Part shown: one piece after another, positions 27,977 to 38,146 of the stretch
Position numbering within the stretch: position 1 is the stretch's first letter
How the letters are laid out: each line of letters starts with the position of its first letter
Source of the DNA: Candidatus Micrarchaeota archaeon
GTDB lineage: Archaea > Micrarchaeota > Micrarchaeia > Anstonellales > Bilamarchaeaceae
NCBI GenBank assembly: GCA_043821365.1
Contig: JBDRCX010000006.1
Location: forward strand, 96,001 to 160,000
Length of the DNA: 64,000 bases
Direction of reading: 5' to 3'
The notes under the pieces: model-generated
Databases searched by the model: none
What the model was told of the DNA's origin: nothing
The model's input: the letters and a program-made list of their open reading frames with translations, nothing else
Program-made: the position numbers and the translations under genes

Positions 27977-28125
27977 GTGATAATTTTGTTGGGAAACATT
28001 AATAAAGTGATTATTTCTAGTAAAATGTGATAAGCAAGGAACGTTACTCGCTATGAATAAATTAGCCGCATTTTTGTTCCTATAGTGTTCACCGCGAGCC
28101 GAATGGCAAGCACAGCAAACAAAAA

Positions 28126-28196
28126 TGCGACCGCCGGGAATTGAACCCGGCCCGCGAGATTGGCAATCTCGAATCATACCGATAGACTACGGTCGC
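28126..28196 (-). tRNA. tRNA-Gly (GCC), intron-less, CCA not encoded
   Basis: GCGACCG/CGGTCGC acceptor stem, CGAGA-TTGCCAA-TCTCG anticodon arm, CCGGG-TTCAATT-CCCGG T arm; 71 nt. Confidence 0.97.
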
Positions 28197-28370
28197 TTTT
28201 GTTAAATGAATTTATTTTGTAAATTAAATGACAAAATAGGTAGCAGAAGTATAAGGCAAAAACAATAAAAACTGTGACTTTTGATGAATTTTCAATTAGA
28301 AAAAGATATGGATACTGGTACGGAAATGACCTCCCAAAATTGTTTAATAATTGAAATGTAAATACTAACT

Positions 28371-29522
28371 GTGGGAATGAGTAAAGGGTCTTACCTCAAA
28401 AGGATAACATCAAATATGCAAATGCGCAGTGTGGAAATTGGAGAAAAATTAGATGGCACCACACCACCATCAGTATTTGTTGGGAGTTATGGTTATCCAA
28501 AAGTCTATGTTGGACCAATGATGAGCCCAGAGCATGGAGATACTTCCATATTAGACACTCCCGAATCATGGATACCTGGCAAAAAAAATCAGGAGGACAT
28601 AATAAATTTCAGGCTTGGTTTAGTAAGAGGGAAACAGATTGTTGGGATTAAAGATTTCAACAATAAACTAGTGCAAAAACTTCAAGAAATAACTCTTGCA
28701 TCTGGTTCAGTTCAAAGTGAGGCAAAATTTCATGGAAAACCAAGAGGGATTACTTTTGACTCTGAACATCAACCATTTGGACCTAGTGCCACAATAGACA
28801 AGTTTGATATTGATAATGTAAAATGGCACCCTCATCTGGAAAAAACATATTATGATACTGACTTCAAAGCAAAGGATGCTGCAATAGAACTCTACAATGA
28901 GGGAGTATTATTCTCACAAATACAAAAGGCACTTTCAACAGGTACCATGGGCATTGAAAAAAATAGAAAAATTGTTCCAACAAAATGGTCAATAACTGCT
29001 ACCGATACAGTATTAGCCAATCATTTATATGATGAAATAAAATGGAATGAAATAATTGATTGTTATGAGGTTTATGAATTTTCAAGTTTGAATAATTATT
29101 ATGTGATAATATTAACACCAACGCCATGGCAGTATGAATGGATTGAAGCGTTCATCCATGTAATGGAAAACGAAGAACTTGTTTTTGCTGACCATGAATT
29201 AACACGGGGTAAAATTGGCTATTCAACAGTTGGTGGCTGCTATTATAGTTGTAAATTTGGTATCCTAGAGGCATTGAAAAAAATGAAGAAACAGTCTGGC
29301 GCAGTTGTACTGAGGGAGGCTTATGAAGGATATGTACCTCTAGGAGTTTTCAATGTAAGAGAAAATGTTAGAAATGCAATGAAACAACTTCCGAGAAAAT
29401 TTGCAGATTTTAGAAGTTCATTAAATTATGTTTCAGCAAAACTTCGCTTACCAATATCAAGATTCATAGATCAAAGTGTTTTGATTAAAGAAATGTTACG
29501 CTATAAACAAACAACATTGTGA
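28371..29522 (+). CDS. Nre-family archaeal DNA repair protein
   Basis: PPSVFVGSYGYPKVYVGP, LVPTKWSITA-like IVPTKWSITATD, GGCYY, YVPLGVFNVRE, and a C-terminal QTTL PIP-like end. Confidence 0.85.
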   Translation: MGMSKGSYLKRITSNMQMRSVEIGEKLDGTTPPSVFVGSYGYPKVYVGPMMSPEHGDTSILDTPESWIPGKKNQEDIINFRLGLVRGKQIVGIKDFNNKLVQKLQEITLASGSVQSEAKFHGKPRGITFDSEHQPFGPSATIDKFDIDNVKWHPHLEKTYYDTDFKAKDAAIELYNEGVLFSQIQKALSTGTMGIEKNRKIVPTKWSITATDTVLANHLYDEIKWNEIIDCYEVYEFSSLNNYYVIILTPTPWQYEWIEAFIHVMENEELVFADHELTRGKIGYSTVGGCYYSCKFGILEALKKMKKQSGAVVLREAYEGYVPLGVFNVRENVRNAMKQLPRKFADFRSSLNYVSAKLRLPISRFIDQSVLIKEMLRYKQTTL

Positions 29523-29526
29523 ACTT

Positions 29527-30846
29527 ATGGAAGATACGTTGCAATATTTGTATTCACTAAAAAACCATGGATCAAAACTTGGGCTGGAAAGGATAGAAAC
29601 ATTGCTAAAAAAGCTCAATAATCCAGAGAAATCATTCAAATCAATATTAGTTGCAGGAACTAATGGGAAAGGATCAACAGTTGCAATTATTGATTCTGTA
29701 TTAAGAGATGCAGGTTTCAAAGTTGCAAGATATACGAGCCCACATTTATCTAGTTTAAACGAAAGAATAGTTGTTAATGGAAAGGAGATAAGTGATGATG
29801 ATCTTTTCAGAATTGTGAAAAGTATTAGGAAAATAGTTGATAAAGAAGAGCTACAAATAACTTTTTTTGAATTTATAACTGCAGTTGCATTTGTTTATTA
29901 TAATGAATGTAAAGTGGACTTTGCTGTTCTTGAAGTTGGACTTGGAGGGAGACTTGACGCAACAAATGTTGCCACCCCATTAATATCAATAATAACAAAT
30001 ATCTCTTTAGAGCATACTGAAATACTCGGAGATACAATAGAAAAAATTGCCTTTGAAAAAGGTGGAATAATAAAAAATAATGGGGCCCTTGTAACTGCAG
30101 CTAAAGATGGTTTGATTACCTTAGAAAAAATATGTGATGAAAAAAAATCAAGAACAGTTATTGTTGGAAAAGATATTATTGTGAAAAACTATGATCCGAC
30201 AACAAATGAGTTTGATGCTGAACTTTTTGATAGCACGCACCACTTGAAATTAGGATTAAAAGGAAGATACCAACTTGAAAATGCTTGCTGTTCTCTTGGT
30301 GCTCTTAGCATATTGCAGCAGAACGGAATTATTATTTCAGAAGAGAATATTAGAAGAGGTTTTGAAAAAGTAACTTGGCCAGGAAGAATGGAAACCGTAC
30401 AGAAAAACCCTTTTGTAATACTTGATTGTGCAAAGGATGCTGAAGCTGCAAGAAATTTAAGCAACATAATCAAAAATGATCTTAAATTGAAAAACATCAT
30501 TCTAGTTATTGGGATTTCATCTGATAAAAACATCAAAGAGATGGTAGGCGCATTAGCTCCGTTGGCAAAGAAAGTTATAATAACAACCCATAAAGTTGGC
30601 AATAGAACAGCAGAACCTTCAGTTATTGCTCAGTATGTAAAACAAGAAAAAGAAATAGTAATTGATGTCAAACAGGCAGTAAAAAGAGCATTGGAAATTG
30701 CCGGAGAACACGGTGTGGTTTTGATTACTGGTTCTGTATTTGTTGTAGGCGAAGCAAGAGAAATCTGGTTTAATAAAAAAACAAAACTTGGTTTAGAATT
30801 TAATGATCCCACACCAAGTAATATAAAACTTTACCACAAATCATGA
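29527..30846 (+). CDS. folC: Folylpolyglutamate/dihydrofolate synthase family Mur-type ligase
   Basis: VAGTNGKGST, YTSPHL, LEVGLGGRLDATN, IAFEKGGI, WPGRME, TGSVFVVGE. Confidence 0.9.
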   Translation: MEDTLQYLYSLKNHGSKLGLERIETLLKKLNNPEKSFKSILVAGTNGKGSTVAIIDSVLRDAGFKVARYTSPHLSSLNERIVVNGKEISDDDLFRIVKSIRKIVDKEELQITFFEFITAVAFVYYNECKVDFAVLEVGLGGRLDATNVATPLISIITNISLEHTEILGDTIEKIAFEKGGIIKNNGALVTAAKDGLITLEKICDEKKSRTVIVGKDIIVKNYDPTTNEFDAELFDSTHHLKLGLKGRYQLENACCSLGALSILQQNGIIISEENIRRGFEKVTWPGRMETVQKNPFVILDCAKDAEAARNLSNIIKNDLKLKNIILVIGISSDKNIKEMVGALAPLAKKVIITTHKVGNRTAEPSVIAQYVKQEKEIVIDVKQAVKRALEIAGEHGVVLITGSVFVVGEAREIWFNKKTKLGLEFNDPTPSNIKLYHKS

Positions 30847-32132
30847 ACATGAATTATAAGTACATCCCTCTGATTTTGCTATTATTATACACAGGAATGG
30901 TGTATGCAGATTGTTCAGGTTATCAGGAAACATTTGATGTGAGAGTTTTAGATGCAAAAAATAGAACAGTTGAAGGTGCACTCATCCAAGTGAAGTTTGA
31001 TAGAGGAACATCATTTGGAGATCAATATTTTGTAACTGAACCACAACCAACAAATTCAGGAGGGATTGTAACTTACAAGATCTTAAACCAAGGAACTAAT
31101 ACAAGAGAAATTGATTGTAATATATACATAAACGCAACAATTGGCGGAACAAGTGCAACAAAAACAATTGTGGTTAGTGAACATGGGTCAATAGTAGACT
31201 TAAGAATAGAAGATCTTTACCCTGCAAGATTTTACATAAAAGACCAGTACAAAATTGGGATACCAAATAGCACAGTCACTGTAGATGTTTGGGGACCAGG
31301 AACAACAGATAGCACTGGTGTAGTTAAGGGATATTTGAAAGCCGGAAGCCATCAATATTTTGCCAGTCACAAAGATGCAAGTGAAGGTGGAGTTGTAGAT
31401 GTAGTTGATGATGTTTATTTTGAAATTATTTTCCCCCATTATCCAATAACAATTGAAGTAACAGACGATTATGGGGTTCCTTTAAACGCAACAATAACTA
31501 TTTTCAATGAGACTTTTGAACTAGAAAACGGAGAGTTCCAGCATCCGGAAGTGTTTGGACAACAAGTACCATATGAAATAGTATATCTTGGGGAAGTTGT
31601 CGAAGGAACAATGGATCCTGCCACTGACCCAGATCTTGAAATTAGATTTGATGTTCATGCACCAACAATATCTGAGGTTAAACAAGAAACAACTAATAAT
31701 AGGCCAAAATTAAGCATAACAGTAACTGACACTGGAGTTTATCCAAGTGGACTTGATGTCTCAAGCATGAAGGTCTGGTACAAACAAGAACCATCTGGAC
31801 CAAATGACCTGTGGCATCCGGCAGTAGTATTTACAACTGCAAAAGGACAGTTTACAGCTGAATTCCCAGAAATGGAACCTAACACGATAATTAGTTTCAA
31901 AATAGAGATAAAAGATCAAGCAACTAACAAAGCTGAGCTAGAAGGAAAGTTCACAACATTGGTTGTGGAAAATCCACAAAATACCACTGGAAACAATTCA
32001 AATCCACAGCCAGATCCGCCTAAAGAACAGGAAATACCACTTTTATACATTATTGGTGGTGTATTTGTATTAGTTTTGGCTGTTTATTTGGTAATTCGCA
32101 TAAAATCTAAAGCAACAGATGGTGATTCGTAG
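30843..32132 (+). CDS. Exported beta-rich protein with C-terminal membrane anchor
   Basis: Signal peptide, Ig-like beta-rich segments, N/P-rich linker and a TM followed by RIKSK. Confidence 0.8.
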   Translation: MNMNYKYIPLILLLLYTGMVYADCSGYQETFDVRVLDAKNRTVEGALIQVKFDRGTSFGDQYFVTEPQPTNSGGIVTYKILNQGTNTREIDCNIYINATIGGTSATKTIVVSEHGSIVDLRIEDLYPARFYIKDQYKIGIPNSTVTVDVWGPGTTDSTGVVKGYLKAGSHQYFASHKDASEGGVVDVVDDVYFEIIFPHYPITIEVTDDYGVPLNATITIFNETFELENGEFQHPEVFGQQVPYEIVYLGEVVEGTMDPATDPDLEIRFDVHAPTISEVKQETTNNRPKLSITVTDTGVYPSGLDVSSMKVWYKQEPSGPNDLWHPAVVFTTAKGQFTAEFPEMEPNTIISFKIEIKDQATNKAELEGKFTTLVVENPQNTTGNNSNPQPDPPKEQEIPLLYIIGGVFVLVLAVYLVIRIKSKATDGDS

Positions 32133-32213
32133 GGGTTATCTTTATAAATTGTGTGTACTATAGTATTAACACGTGCGTTCATAAATTATAATAAAATAAA
32201 ATGGTGGTAAATA

Positions 32214-32945
32214 ATGCCTCGAGGAAAGAAAATTATTATCGAAACAGAAGTGAATGATGACTTTGTGGACAGATTTAAGTCTATCAACTTAGATGAAATA
32301 AAAAAAGACCGTGAACAAACTGAGGATGGATTATCTTCTTCAGTTGCAAGTGTTTTCAAAGTTGCACAAAATCTTTATCGTCAAAAAGCAAGCGAAGACG
32401 AATTAGAAGGAAAACACAAATTATATTCTGTTAGAGTTGCTTATGATTTCTTAAAAGACAATGGCGTTTTCATATCTTTCAGGGCATTTGGGGGTAGAAT
32501 AGAAAGAGGCACTATTCCATTCGTCAAAGTCGGAAGAAAAAGATACATACCAATCAGTGTTCTTAGTGATATCACACAAACAAAAACTGAATTTTACACT
32601 GTAAAAGAGGCATTTGAAGAATACAAAAAATCAAACCAAAAAATCAACTTCAGGGCATTTATTGGGAGAATAGAAAAAGGTTCCATCCCATCAGTTAAAT
32701 TTGGTACACGAAGATTGGTACCAAGGGAAGCAGTTGAATCTTTGACTCATATTAGCTCAAATTATTACACAGTAAGTCAGGCAATCAAAGAGCTTTACAA
32801 AAACGGCATTAGAATTAAGAGAAATGCTTTTGAAAGAAGGCTTGACCGTGGCAGAATACCACACTCAAAAGTTGGTGGAAGACGATTCATCCACGAAGAT
32901 GTTATGAAAGAGCTAGTTGACAAAGAAGTTGCTCTTAAAAAATAA
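32214..32945 (+). CDS. Protein with three tandem excisionase/MerR-like HTH repeats
   Basis: Three repeats of Y(S/T)V..A......I..(R/N)AF..R(I/L).RG.IP..K.G.(K/R)R.(I/V). Confidence 0.8.
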   Translation: MPRGKKIIIETEVNDDFVDRFKSINLDEIKKDREQTEDGLSSSVASVFKVAQNLYRQKASEDELEGKHKLYSVRVAYDFLKDNGVFISFRAFGGRIERGTIPFVKVGRKRYIPISVLSDITQTKTEFYTVKEAFEEYKKSNQKINFRAFIGRIEKGSIPSVKFGTRRLVPREAVESLTHISSNYYTVSQAIKELYKNGIRIKRNAFERRLDRGRIPHSKVGGRRFIHEDVMKELVDKEVALKK

Positions 32946-32988
32946 TTTTTCTTATTAAATTTTATTACTTTTCTTTTAGATTAACCTA

Positions 32989-35355
32989 ATGGTTAAAAAA
33001 CACGCAATTTTCATTGATGCTAGTTATATAATAAAAAATAACAAAACTTACGTAGCCCTATTACTAAAAGGTAAGAAAACAGCCAAACTCTACTATCAGT
33101 ATAACCCATACTTCTATGTAGACGCACCAAAGGATATGAGTGAACAGATCCTTAATATGAAAATTTACAAAGAAGATGGGGGATTGGTAAGCCCTGTTGA
33201 AGTGGAGGAATGTGAGAGAAATATAGGACTTGAAAAAAAGAAGATGCTTAAGATATCATGCAAAGAACCTTCCCACGTACCAATAATAAAGGCCAGCATA
33301 CCATACCCATCTTATGAATATAATATCCCATTCGCAAGAAGATTCATTTTTGATATGAATATAACTCCGCTCTCAAGAATAGAATACGAAAGAAAAGGGA
33401 AAATACTCAAAAAAATAATCTCAATAACTCCTGGAGACAAAAAACTATCCACGATGAGTTTTGATATTGAAACATACAATCCAGTTGGTAGTCCAAGAGA
33501 AGACAAGGATCCAGTGATTATGATTAGCTATTGTGGAAAGACAACAGGTGTGATAACATCAAAAAAATCAACCAGGGATTTTGTTGAAACTGTTGTTAAT
33601 GAAAAGGCAATATTGGAAAAATTAAATGAAATCATAAAAAAAGAGGATCCAGACGTGCTTTTTGGATATAATTCTGCAAACTTTGATCTTCCATACCTAA
33701 AAGCACGAGCTGCTGCATTAAAAACAAAACTTAATCTTGGAAGGTATGGAGATGAACTTCGAGAGGTAAAAAGAGGATTAATTAAGGGAATTAAACTAAA
33801 GGGAAGAGTTCATTTTGATCTTTATCCGATGGCAAAATTTTTTGGTTTTATTGGAGTTATAAAAAGCCAGAGATTCACCCTAGACGCTGTTGCTGAAGAT
33901 GTTCTTGGAAGCAACAAACTCAAGATAAAGAAGGATGATATTTGGCAGATGTGGGATAGTGGAGATATTGACAAACTTTGCGACTATTCACTAGTTGATG
34001 CTGAATTAACACTGGCACTTGGAGAACGATTTTTGCCAATAGACATAGAACTTTCAAGTGTTGCAAAGATGCCTCTTTTTGATACTACAATATCAACAAG
34101 TGGGCAGCTGGTGGAGAACTTACTTATGTTCCATGCAACTGAAAGAAAAGAAGTGATACCATCAAAACCACTTGGAAATGTAGTCAGCGAAAGGATAAAT
34201 GCACCAATACAGGGGGCATTTGTTAAGTTACCTGAACCGGGTATTTATGAGAATGTTGCTGTATTGGACTTTAGAGGGCTGTATCCTTCCATAATAGTGT
34301 CCTATAACATAGATCCAGGAACTTTGGTAATAGATGACGATGATGTAAATGAATCACCAACTGGGGCAAAATTTTCAAAAAAACAAATTGGTCTGATACC
34401 ATTTGTACTTGATTATCTGATAGACATGAGGATGATCTTGAAAAAAACCATCAAAACACTTGATAAATCAAGCGAAGAACACGTAAAAATCAGTGCACGA
34501 TCCCAGGCTCTGAAAATTCTTGCAAACAGCTTTTATGGGTATATGGGATATGCAAGGTCAAGATGGTATTCCAGGCAGTGTGCAGAAAGTGTCACTGCTT
34601 GGGGAAGAAAACACATCATGGAAACAATAGAAACTGCAGAAAAATCAGGATTCCAGGTGCTTTATGCAGATACGGATTCTGTATTTATTCTTTACAAAGA
34701 CAAGCAAGATGTTCTAAATTTTATGGAAAATATAAACAAGACCTTACCTCAGAAAATGGAGCTTGAACTTGAAGGGTTTTATCCACGTGGAGTTTTTGTA
34801 AGTAAAAAAGGCAGTGGAGAGAGAGGAGCAAAAAAGAAGTATGCCCTGCTTGCAGAAGACGGAAGGATCAAGATAAGAGGATTTGAACTTGTAAGAAGAG
34901 ATTGGTCAAAAATAGCAAAAGACACTCAACTCAAAGTTCTTGAGGCAATACTGAAAGATGGAAGCAAGGAAAAAGCAGTTAAGATAATTAGGGACGTTGT
35001 AAAAAGATTACAAGAAGGCAAAGTCCCTTTGGAATTGTTAGCCATAAGCACTCAACTCAATAAAAACCCAGATAATTATGAAGTTGCAAGCCCAGAACTT
35101 TCAGCAGCAAAAAAACTGATAAAATCTGGAGCAATTGCTGAGAAAGGAACAATGATATCTTATGTGATTGGAAAACGTGGGAAAAGCATATCTGAGAAAG
35201 CAGAACCACTTGAACTTGCTAAAGATTATGATTCGGATTACTATATAAACAACCAGATCTTACCTGCAGTTATGAAGATAATGAAAGAACTTGGTTATGA
35301 TGAACATAGTATGAAGTTTGGTGGAAGACAGGAAAGCCTTGATTCATTTTTCTAG
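32989..35355 (+). CDS. polB: Family B DNA polymerase
   Basis: Exo motifs FDIET, GYNSANFD and YSLVDA; Pol motifs DFRGLYPS, KILANSFYGY and YADTDS; C-terminal PIP box QESLDSFF; no intein. Confidence 0.97.
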   Translation: MVKKHAIFIDASYIIKNNKTYVALLLKGKKTAKLYYQYNPYFYVDAPKDMSEQILNMKIYKEDGGLVSPVEVEECERNIGLEKKKMLKISCKEPSHVPIIKASIPYPSYEYNIPFARRFIFDMNITPLSRIEYERKGKILKKIISITPGDKKLSTMSFDIETYNPVGSPREDKDPVIMISYCGKTTGVITSKKSTRDFVETVVNEKAILEKLNEIIKKEDPDVLFGYNSANFDLPYLKARAAALKTKLNLGRYGDELREVKRGLIKGIKLKGRVHFDLYPMAKFFGFIGVIKSQRFTLDAVAEDVLGSNKLKIKKDDIWQMWDSGDIDKLCDYSLVDAELTLALGERFLPIDIELSSVAKMPLFDTTISTSGQLVENLLMFHATERKEVIPSKPLGNVVSERINAPIQGAFVKLPEPGIYENVAVLDFRGLYPSIIVSYNIDPGTLVIDDDDVNESPTGAKFSKKQIGLIPFVLDYLIDMRMILKKTIKTLDKSSEEHVKISARSQALKILANSFYGYMGYARSRWYSRQCAESVTAWGRKHIMETIETAEKSGFQVLYADTDSVFILYKDKQDVLNFMENINKTLPQKMELELEGFYPRGVFVSKKGSGERGAKKKYALLAEDGRIKIRGFELVRRDWSKIAKDTQLKVLEAILKDGSKEKAVKIIRDVVKRLQEGKVPLELLAISTQLNKNPDNYEVASPELSAAKKLIKSGAIAEKGTMISYVIGKRGKSISEKAEPLELAKDYDSDYYINNQILPAVMKIMKELGYDEHSMKFGGRQESLDSFF

Positions 35356-35372
35356 GTAGAATTTTATATTAA

Positions 35373-35903
35373 ATGGAACTAAATATTTACATGGCAGAAA
35401 GACAACGAGAAGAAGCTTCTCCACCAACAGTATTAGATCTAACAAAACCAATACCCCTAAGCAAGGAAACACAGATAAGATTGCTAAAGCAAAGTTTTGA
35501 AAAACAAACAACTCCCATGGACATACGATTGTATGACATACGCGAATTGGCACGATTAGGAGAAACCAATTATCTAACAGGTGTAAAGATGAGGTATGGC
35601 ACCGCACTTACAGCTGCAAGAAAAAGGCTGGACACGCTTAATAGTGAACGGCTTGGAATTAGTCTTAATTTAGGATCACGAGCATATGGCGAACTCAGAA
35701 AAGGGATATCAAACGAAGAATGGGAAAAACTACCAAAAAGAAAACAAGACGAACTTGCAATGGAAGCCGAGATTAGATTAGTTGGTCCTGTAATGGCTCG
35801 TTACGATGCTGATATAAAAAGACAAGAACAAGCCATAGAAAGAATGGAAAGGATAGTGGCAGAAATTGGAAAGGTAGTACCTGCAATAAAAATAGACTTC
35901 TGA
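35373..35903 (+). CDS. Hypothetical (orphan) helical protein
   Basis: 176-aa ORF co-oriented downstream of polB. Confidence 0.65.
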   Translation: MELNIYMAERQREEASPPTVLDLTKPIPLSKETQIRLLKQSFEKQTTPMDIRLYDIRELARLGETNYLTGVKMRYGTALTAARKRLDTLNSERLGISLNLGSRAYGELRKGISNEEWEKLPKRKQDELAMEAEIRLVGPVMARYDADIKRQEQAIERMERIVAEIGKVVPAIKIDF

Positions 35904-35921
35904 AACACTTAAAAACTATGT

Positions 35922-36275
35922 ATGAGATATGATTTTATGGGCGCCAAACCAGTTGAGAAAGAAAAAAAAGTGGAATTCAAGGAATGGTTCACACACATAA
36001 TTGAACGTGCAATGGATACGCGCAGAGGATTTAATCCAGATACATTAAGAGAATTTGAAGAACCAGCCCATAGAAAAGCAACTCCACGAAGAAAATTAGA
36101 TGTAGCAGTGGCTACCAGAGTTGAGCACAACCAAGAACTTCTTGATCCACAATTACAAAAATTACTTGAAAGAGAACCAAAGGCAGTTATAGCTGCAGAA
36201 CAATTAGGAACACTTCTGACAAACAACGTTAACGGAAAGAAATTTAGGTATGCTAGAGATTGGGTAGAGGCGTGA
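35922..36275 (+). CDS. Hypothetical protein
   Basis: 117-aa ORF in a co-oriented run; its 3' end carries the GAGG SD of the next gene. Confidence 0.6.
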   Translation: MRYDFMGAKPVEKEKKVEFKEWFTHIIERAMDTRRGFNPDTLREFEEPAHRKATPRRKLDVAVATRVEHNQELLDPQLQKLLEREPKAVIAAEQLGTLLTNNVNGKKFRYARDWVEA

Positions 36276-36279
36276 GGAT

Positions 36280-36627
36280 ATGGTTGCATTAGATATTATT
36301 GATGAAGAAAATAAGGCAAAAATAGTTACCATGTGGAAGAACATGAGTGAGATGGACAAAGCACATTTCATTAACCAGGTTGCCTTGGCACTTAGCATAT
36401 GGGGAAGTGATGAAAAAGGTAAAAAACTAGTTGTAGAGGTACTTAGATACTTATCAAATAATGGTACAAGTACGCTTGCTGATTTTGGACTTTATATAGA
36501 AAAAGTAGCATCAACAAAAGATGCACAGGGTATGGCTGATAAAATAAAAAGAGCATCTAAAATAATTGAAAATTATAGGATAAAGAACTCGCTTTCCTCA
36601 GAACCACACCGAGAATTGGACTTCTAG
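36280..36627 (+). CDS. Hypothetical helical protein
   Basis: 115-aa ORF with TGAGGA SD, tightly packed before pus10. Confidence 0.7.
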   Translation: MVALDIIDEENKAKIVTMWKNMSEMDKAHFINQVALALSIWGSDEKGKKLVVEVLRYLSNNGTSTLADFGLYIEKVASTKDAQGMADKIKRASKIIENYRIKNSLSSEPHRELDF

Positions 36628-36635
36628 GTTTTAGC

Positions 36636-37742
36636 ATGCAACTTTGTAAATTTTGCAATGAAACCAATGGTTCAGCTTTTGAAATAGGTAATTGCTATAT
36701 TTGTGAAGATAATGTAATGGAAACAGACAATATGATAGAAAGAGGAACAGAATTACTTTCAAAGGAAAAAATATCTAGTTTTTCGATTTCAACGATTATA
36801 TCAAAAGACTGGCAAACAAGAGAAGAAAAAATCTGGGATATCAAAACAAGCAAAGCAGAAAGCATCAAGAATGCATTAAATAGAAAGATAGTTGCTGAAA
36901 TTAGGAAAAAAATCAAGTTAAGTTATGAACCAGACGGGGAGATTAGAGTTGTTTTTGATTATAAAACCAAGGAAGTTTACATAAAGAAAAATGAGTTGTT
37001 TATTTTTGGAAGATATAGAAAAATCAATCCAGGATTGTCGCAAAGCCGCTGGACGTGCCCTAAATGCAAAGGAGACGGTTGCGCGCAATGTGAAAATAAA
37101 GGAAAATATTACGAATCAGTGGAAGAGAGAATTGGAGAACCTCTAAAAACCATAACAACTGCTAAAGATTACGTGATGCATGCATCTGGGAGAGAAGATG
37201 TTGATGCAACAAATAGTGCAGGTAGAGGATTTGTTATAGAATTAAAAGAACCAGAAATAAGAGAGATTGATCTGGCCAACATAAAATCAAAAATAGCAGA
37301 GAGCAAAGATGTTGAAGTAGATGATTTAAAGATAGTAAGAAGAGGCTTCATGGAAATAGTTACAGAATCACATTTTGATAAATCATACGAAGCAGAAGTT
37401 GAATTCGGCAGAGAAGTTAGTGAAAATGATCTAAAAAAGATTAGAGAATTAGAAGGAAAAACTATTCTCCAACAAACCCCAAATAGAGTTGCGCACAGAA
37501 GAGCAAATTTAGTAAGACATCGAAAGATCAAATCAATAACTATGGAAAGATTAGAAGGTAACAGAGCAACTATAACTGTTATGGCTGAGGCTGGAACATA
37601 CATAAAAGAACTTATTTCAGGAGATAAAGGGAGAACAAAACCAAATATTGCAGAACTTTTTGAGACAATTGCTGTTTGTAAGAAATTAGAAGTTACAAAA
37701 ATAGACGATGGGTTCCTAGATTTTTGTTTAGCCACTCAATAA
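36636..37742 (+). CDS. pus10: tRNA pseudouridine(54/55) synthase Pus10
   Basis: GRYRK...SQSRW, HASGREDVD (catalytic Asp), QQTPNRVAHRR, AGTYIKELISGD.GRTKP. Confidence 0.95.
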   Translation: MQLCKFCNETNGSAFEIGNCYICEDNVMETDNMIERGTELLSKEKISSFSISTIISKDWQTREEKIWDIKTSKAESIKNALNRKIVAEIRKKIKLSYEPDGEIRVVFDYKTKEVYIKKNELFIFGRYRKINPGLSQSRWTCPKCKGDGCAQCENKGKYYESVEERIGEPLKTITTAKDYVMHASGREDVDATNSAGRGFVIELKEPEIREIDLANIKSKIAESKDVEVDDLKIVRRGFMEIVTESHFDKSYEAEVEFGREVSENDLKKIRELEGKTILQQTPNRVAHRRANLVRHRKIKSITMERLEGNRATITVMAEAGTYIKELISGDKGRTKPNIAELFETIAVCKKLEVTKIDDGFLDFCLATQ

Positions 37743-37833
37743 GAATTTTCACCGGTGAAGCAGATTATTGTTATAAAAGAAGGACAATAATGTTTAAAAA
37801 GTGTTTGGTGGAACTTATACATGAGGGATAAAA

Positions 37834-38142
37834 TTGACATTAAATCAGACTCAAAAATGCCGCTTAAGAAGAATATATGACTCGGCAGTTCAAACTGCAA
37901 AAAAACCATTTGCAATGCTAAAAATAAGAGGTCTTCTTGATAGAAATGATATAGAAGAAGCACGAAAAGTGCAACTTGCAGCTGGATTGAGTGATAGAAC
38001 AATGGATGGACAGATATCTGCTGCATTAACAAGATTCCAAATTGACACTATCAGCCCAAGACACCCATTACAAAGATTTTATTTTAGCACTGACTTGAAA
38101 CAGAGATTAAAAGCATTAAAAGGCACATTAGAAATTGAATAA
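37834..38142 (+). CDS. Small hypothetical protein
   Basis: 102-aa ORF between pus10 and the convergent AlkD-like gene. Confidence 0.5.
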   Translation: MTLNQTQKCRLRRIYDSAVQTAKKPFAMLKIRGLLDRNDIEEARKVQLAAGLSDRTMDGQISAALTRFQIDTISPRHPLQRFYFSTDLKQRLKALKGTLEIE

Positions 38143-38146
38143 CGAA

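Noticed and set aside
27977-28177. N-terminal extension of ORF 27113..28177
   Set aside because: It reads through the tRNA-Gly gene and spacer; ATG 27976 is the more plausible start.
28126-28196. tRNA-Gly as an integration site for a mobile element
   Set aside because: I found no duplicated tRNA 3' end (att) and no integrase in the window.
32989-35355. Inteins or inactivation in PolB
   Set aside because: Length and all exonuclease and polymerase motifs are contiguous and intact.
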